Assembly: GCA_963815455.1 (NCBI GenBank)
Contig: CAWFGO010000003.1
Span: 288,001-352,000 of the forward strand
Length of the DNA stretch: 64,000 nucleotides
Source of the DNA: an uncultured Verrucomicrobiae bacterium
GTDB taxonomy: Bacteria > Verrucomicrobiota > Verrucomicrobiia > Chthoniobacterales > UBA10450
Direction: 5' to 3'
The position numbers and the translations under genes are program-made. Of the stretch, positions 62,061-64,000 are shown piece after piece; the stretch's first letter is position 1; each line of letters opens with the position of its first letter. The notes beneath the pieces were generated by a model. It did not search any database, had not been told where the DNA came from, and saw nothing but the letters and a program-made list of their open reading frames with translations.

Positions 62061-62774
62061 TTACTCCACGGCGCCGTAGCGGCGTTGTCTTCGTCCGTAT
62101 TCTTCCACGGCGGCGAGCAAATCCTTTTTGGTGAAATCGGGCCAGAGCTTCGCCGTTACGTACATTTCGGTGTAGGAAAGCTGCCAGAGAAGAAAATTCG
62201 ACAGACGCATTTCGCCCGAGGTGCGGATGAGCAAGTCGGGATCGGGATAGTACCGCGTGTAAAGATGTTTGCTGAACATCTCGACGTCGATCATTCCTTT
62301 GTCGATATGACCGAGCTCGATGGCGCGCAGCAGACTCTTGATGCCATCGATAATCTCGAGCCGCCCGCCATAGCTGAGCGCAAGAACCAAGGTGAGTCCG
62401 GTATTCTTTGACGTTTGCTCGATCGTCTTGTGAAGTTGTTCCTGGCAACTCTTGGGAAGATCTGTCAATCGACCGATCGCCTGGAGACGAACGTTTTTGT
62501 CGAGTAATTCCGGCGTTTTCTCCTTCAGGAATTTTTCAAGCAGCCGCATCAGGGCGAACACTTCGCTCTTCGGCCGGCTCCAATTTTCGGCGGAGAAGGC
62601 GTAGAGCGTCAGGTATTCGATCTTCAATTCGCCACAACCTTCCACGCATTCGCGGACGGCCTGGGCGCCTTGTTCGTGGCCCTTGATTCGGGGCAGGCCG
62701 CGGCCCTTGGCCCATCGGCCGTTGCCGTCCATGATGATGGCGACATGACGGGGAACCGACTTGAGCGGAGCCAT
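62061..62774 (-). CDS. uppS: Undecaprenyl diphosphate synthase (isoprenyl transferase)
   Basis: HVAIIMDGNGRWA, FSAENWSRP and IRTSGEMRLSNFLLWQ motifs. Confidence 0.97.
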   Translation of the reverse strand: MAPLKSVPRHVAIIMDGNGRWAKGRGLPRIKGHEQGAQAVRECVEGCGELKIEYLTLYAFSAENWSRPKSEVFALMRLLEKFLKEKTPELLDKNVRLQAIGRLTDLPKSCQEQLHKTIEQTSKNTGLTLVLALSYGGRLEIIDGIKSLLRAIELGHIDKGMIDVEMFSKHLYTRYYPDPDLLIRTSGEMRLSNFLLWQLSYTEMYVTAKLWPDFTKKDLLAAVEEYGRRQRRYGAVE

Positions 62775-62775
62775 G

Positions 62776-64000
62776 CTAGAGGACAATGGTCTGGGCCCGG
62801 CCCGGGCCGACGCTGACGATCGACAATTTCGCCCCGGTGAGTCCGGCAATATATTTCACGTAATCTCTTGCGGCTGAAGGAAGTTGCGAAAATTTGCGCG
62901 CCGATTGCGTAGATTGATTCCAGCCCCGCATCTCGTTGTAAATCGGCTCGCAATTCTCCAGCTGAGTTGCATCGGAGGGCGGGACAGCCAGGCGTTTCCC
63001 GTTCAGCCTATACGCTACGCAGACGCGAATCGGATCGAGATCGTCCAGTCCATCCAGGTTCGTGATGGCCAACTCGTCGATCCCATTAATCATCGCCGAA
63101 TAATGCGTCGCCACGGCGTCGAACCAGCCGCAGCGCCGGGCCCGGCCGGTTGTCGCGCCAAACTCGCGGCCCAGGCCGTGCAGCATTTCGGAGACTTGTC
63201 GATCCTCGGTTGGCAGCGGTCCCTCGCCTACCCGGGTGGTATAAGCTTTCATCACGCCCATCACGCGGTCCATTCGATGCGGCGGCACGCCTGTGCCGGT
63301 GCAGGCGCCGCCCGCCGTGGTGTTGGATGAAGTGACATAGGGATAGGTGCCGTGATCGATATCGAGAAACGTGCCCTGGGCGCCTTCGAAGAGAATGCCT
63401 TTCTTGCGCTCGATGGCGCGATGAAGATAAACCACCGTGTTCGCCACGAACGGGCGCAATTTTTTCCCGGCGGCGAGATAGCTCTCGTTCACATCGCGAA
63501 AATTGATCGGTCGCGCCCCGAGCGCCTGCAGGATGCTGTTGTTCTCGGTAATCTTGGCCTGCAATTTTTTCGAGAACAGAATCGGCTGCATCAGGTCGGA
63601 GACGCGCAAGCCGGTGCGCGCGGCCTTATCGCCGTAGGCCGGACCGATCCCGCGTTTGGTCGTGCCGATTTTGGCGCGGCCTTTCCGCAGCTCGCGCTGT
63701 TCGTCCAGCAGCCGGTGGTAAGGCAGAACCAGATGCGCGCAGTCGCTGAGCAAAAGGTTCTTGTCGATCTTGATCCCGAGCTTGCGCAACCCTTCGATCT
63801 CCGCCACGAGCGCGATCGGATCGACCACCACGCCGTTGCCGATCACGCAAATCTTTCCGCGCCGAAGAATGCCAGACGGAATGAGATGCAGAACATATTT
63901 GTTGCCACGGTGAATGACGGTGTGGCCGGCATTGTTTCCGCCCTGGCTGCGCACCACCACGTCGGCCCCGGCGGTGAGGACATCGATAATCTTCCCTTTT
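62776..64000 (-). CDS. purA: Adenylosuccinate synthetase (5' end outside window)
   Basis: KGKIIDVL, QGGNNAGHT, GTYPYVTSS and GATTGRARRCGW motifs. Confidence 0.97.
   Translation of the reverse strand, partial: KGKIIDVLTAGADVVVRSQGGNNAGHTVIHRGNKYVLHLIPSGILRRGKICVIGNGVVVDPIALVAEIEGLRKLGIKIDKNLLLSDCAHLVLPYHRLLDEQRELRKGRAKIGTTKRGIGPAYGDKAARTGLRVSDLMQPILFSKKLQAKITENNSILQALGARPINFRDVNESYLAAGKKLRPFVANTVVYLHRAIERKKGILFEGAQGTFLDIDHGTYPYVTSSNTTAGGACTGTGVPPHRMDRVMGVMKAYTTRVGEGPLPTEDRQVSEMLHGLGREFGATTGRARRCGWFDAVATHYSAMINGIDELAITNLDGLDDLDPIRVCVAYRLNGKRLAVPPSDATQLENCEPIYNEMRGWNQSTQSARKFSQLPSAARDYVKYIAGLTGAKLSIVSVGPGRAQTIVL

Overview
Bacterial chromosomal window, most likely a soil Verrucomicrobiota (Chthoniobacterales-like) genome, inferred from a TIGR02597-like protein, a VPDSG-CTERM-type protein, a dockerin-like surface protein and a short AtpH. 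It is probably an unpolished long-read assembly: about 15 genes, including atpA, ispH and zwf, are split by single-base indels. The backbone carries reductive pyrimidine catabolism genes (preA and a Zn amidohydrolase), obgE, glgA, usp-mntH/mntR, lpxI, the atpBEFHAGDC operon, two sulfotransferases, ispH, an LpxL-family acyltransferase, an LMW-phosphatase-GlyA fusion, zwf-opcA, queA, a uracil-DNA glycosylase, a squalene/phytoene synthase, hemW, uppS and purA. The accessory content is more interesting. (1) A ~9.2 kb two-component signalling island sits at the 3' end of tRNA-Ala(GGC), with a degenerate att copy and a tRNA T-arm-derived structured element at its far end. (2) Three small 'hitch-hiker' genes are inserted in housekeeping loci, each with its own DNA signature: a PaaX/Cas2-like gene bracketed by matching palindromes, a four-helix-bundle gene bracketed by inverted 7-mer arrays inside the atp operon, and an ORF6N gene with a perfect 33-bp palindrome in its own coding sequence. 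(3) At least five dispersed palindromic repeat families are present; they nest in each other, form chimeras, donate stop codons and insert in-frame into a protein. No CRISPR array, rRNA, integrase or transposase was seen. All family names come from motif recognition, not from database searches.
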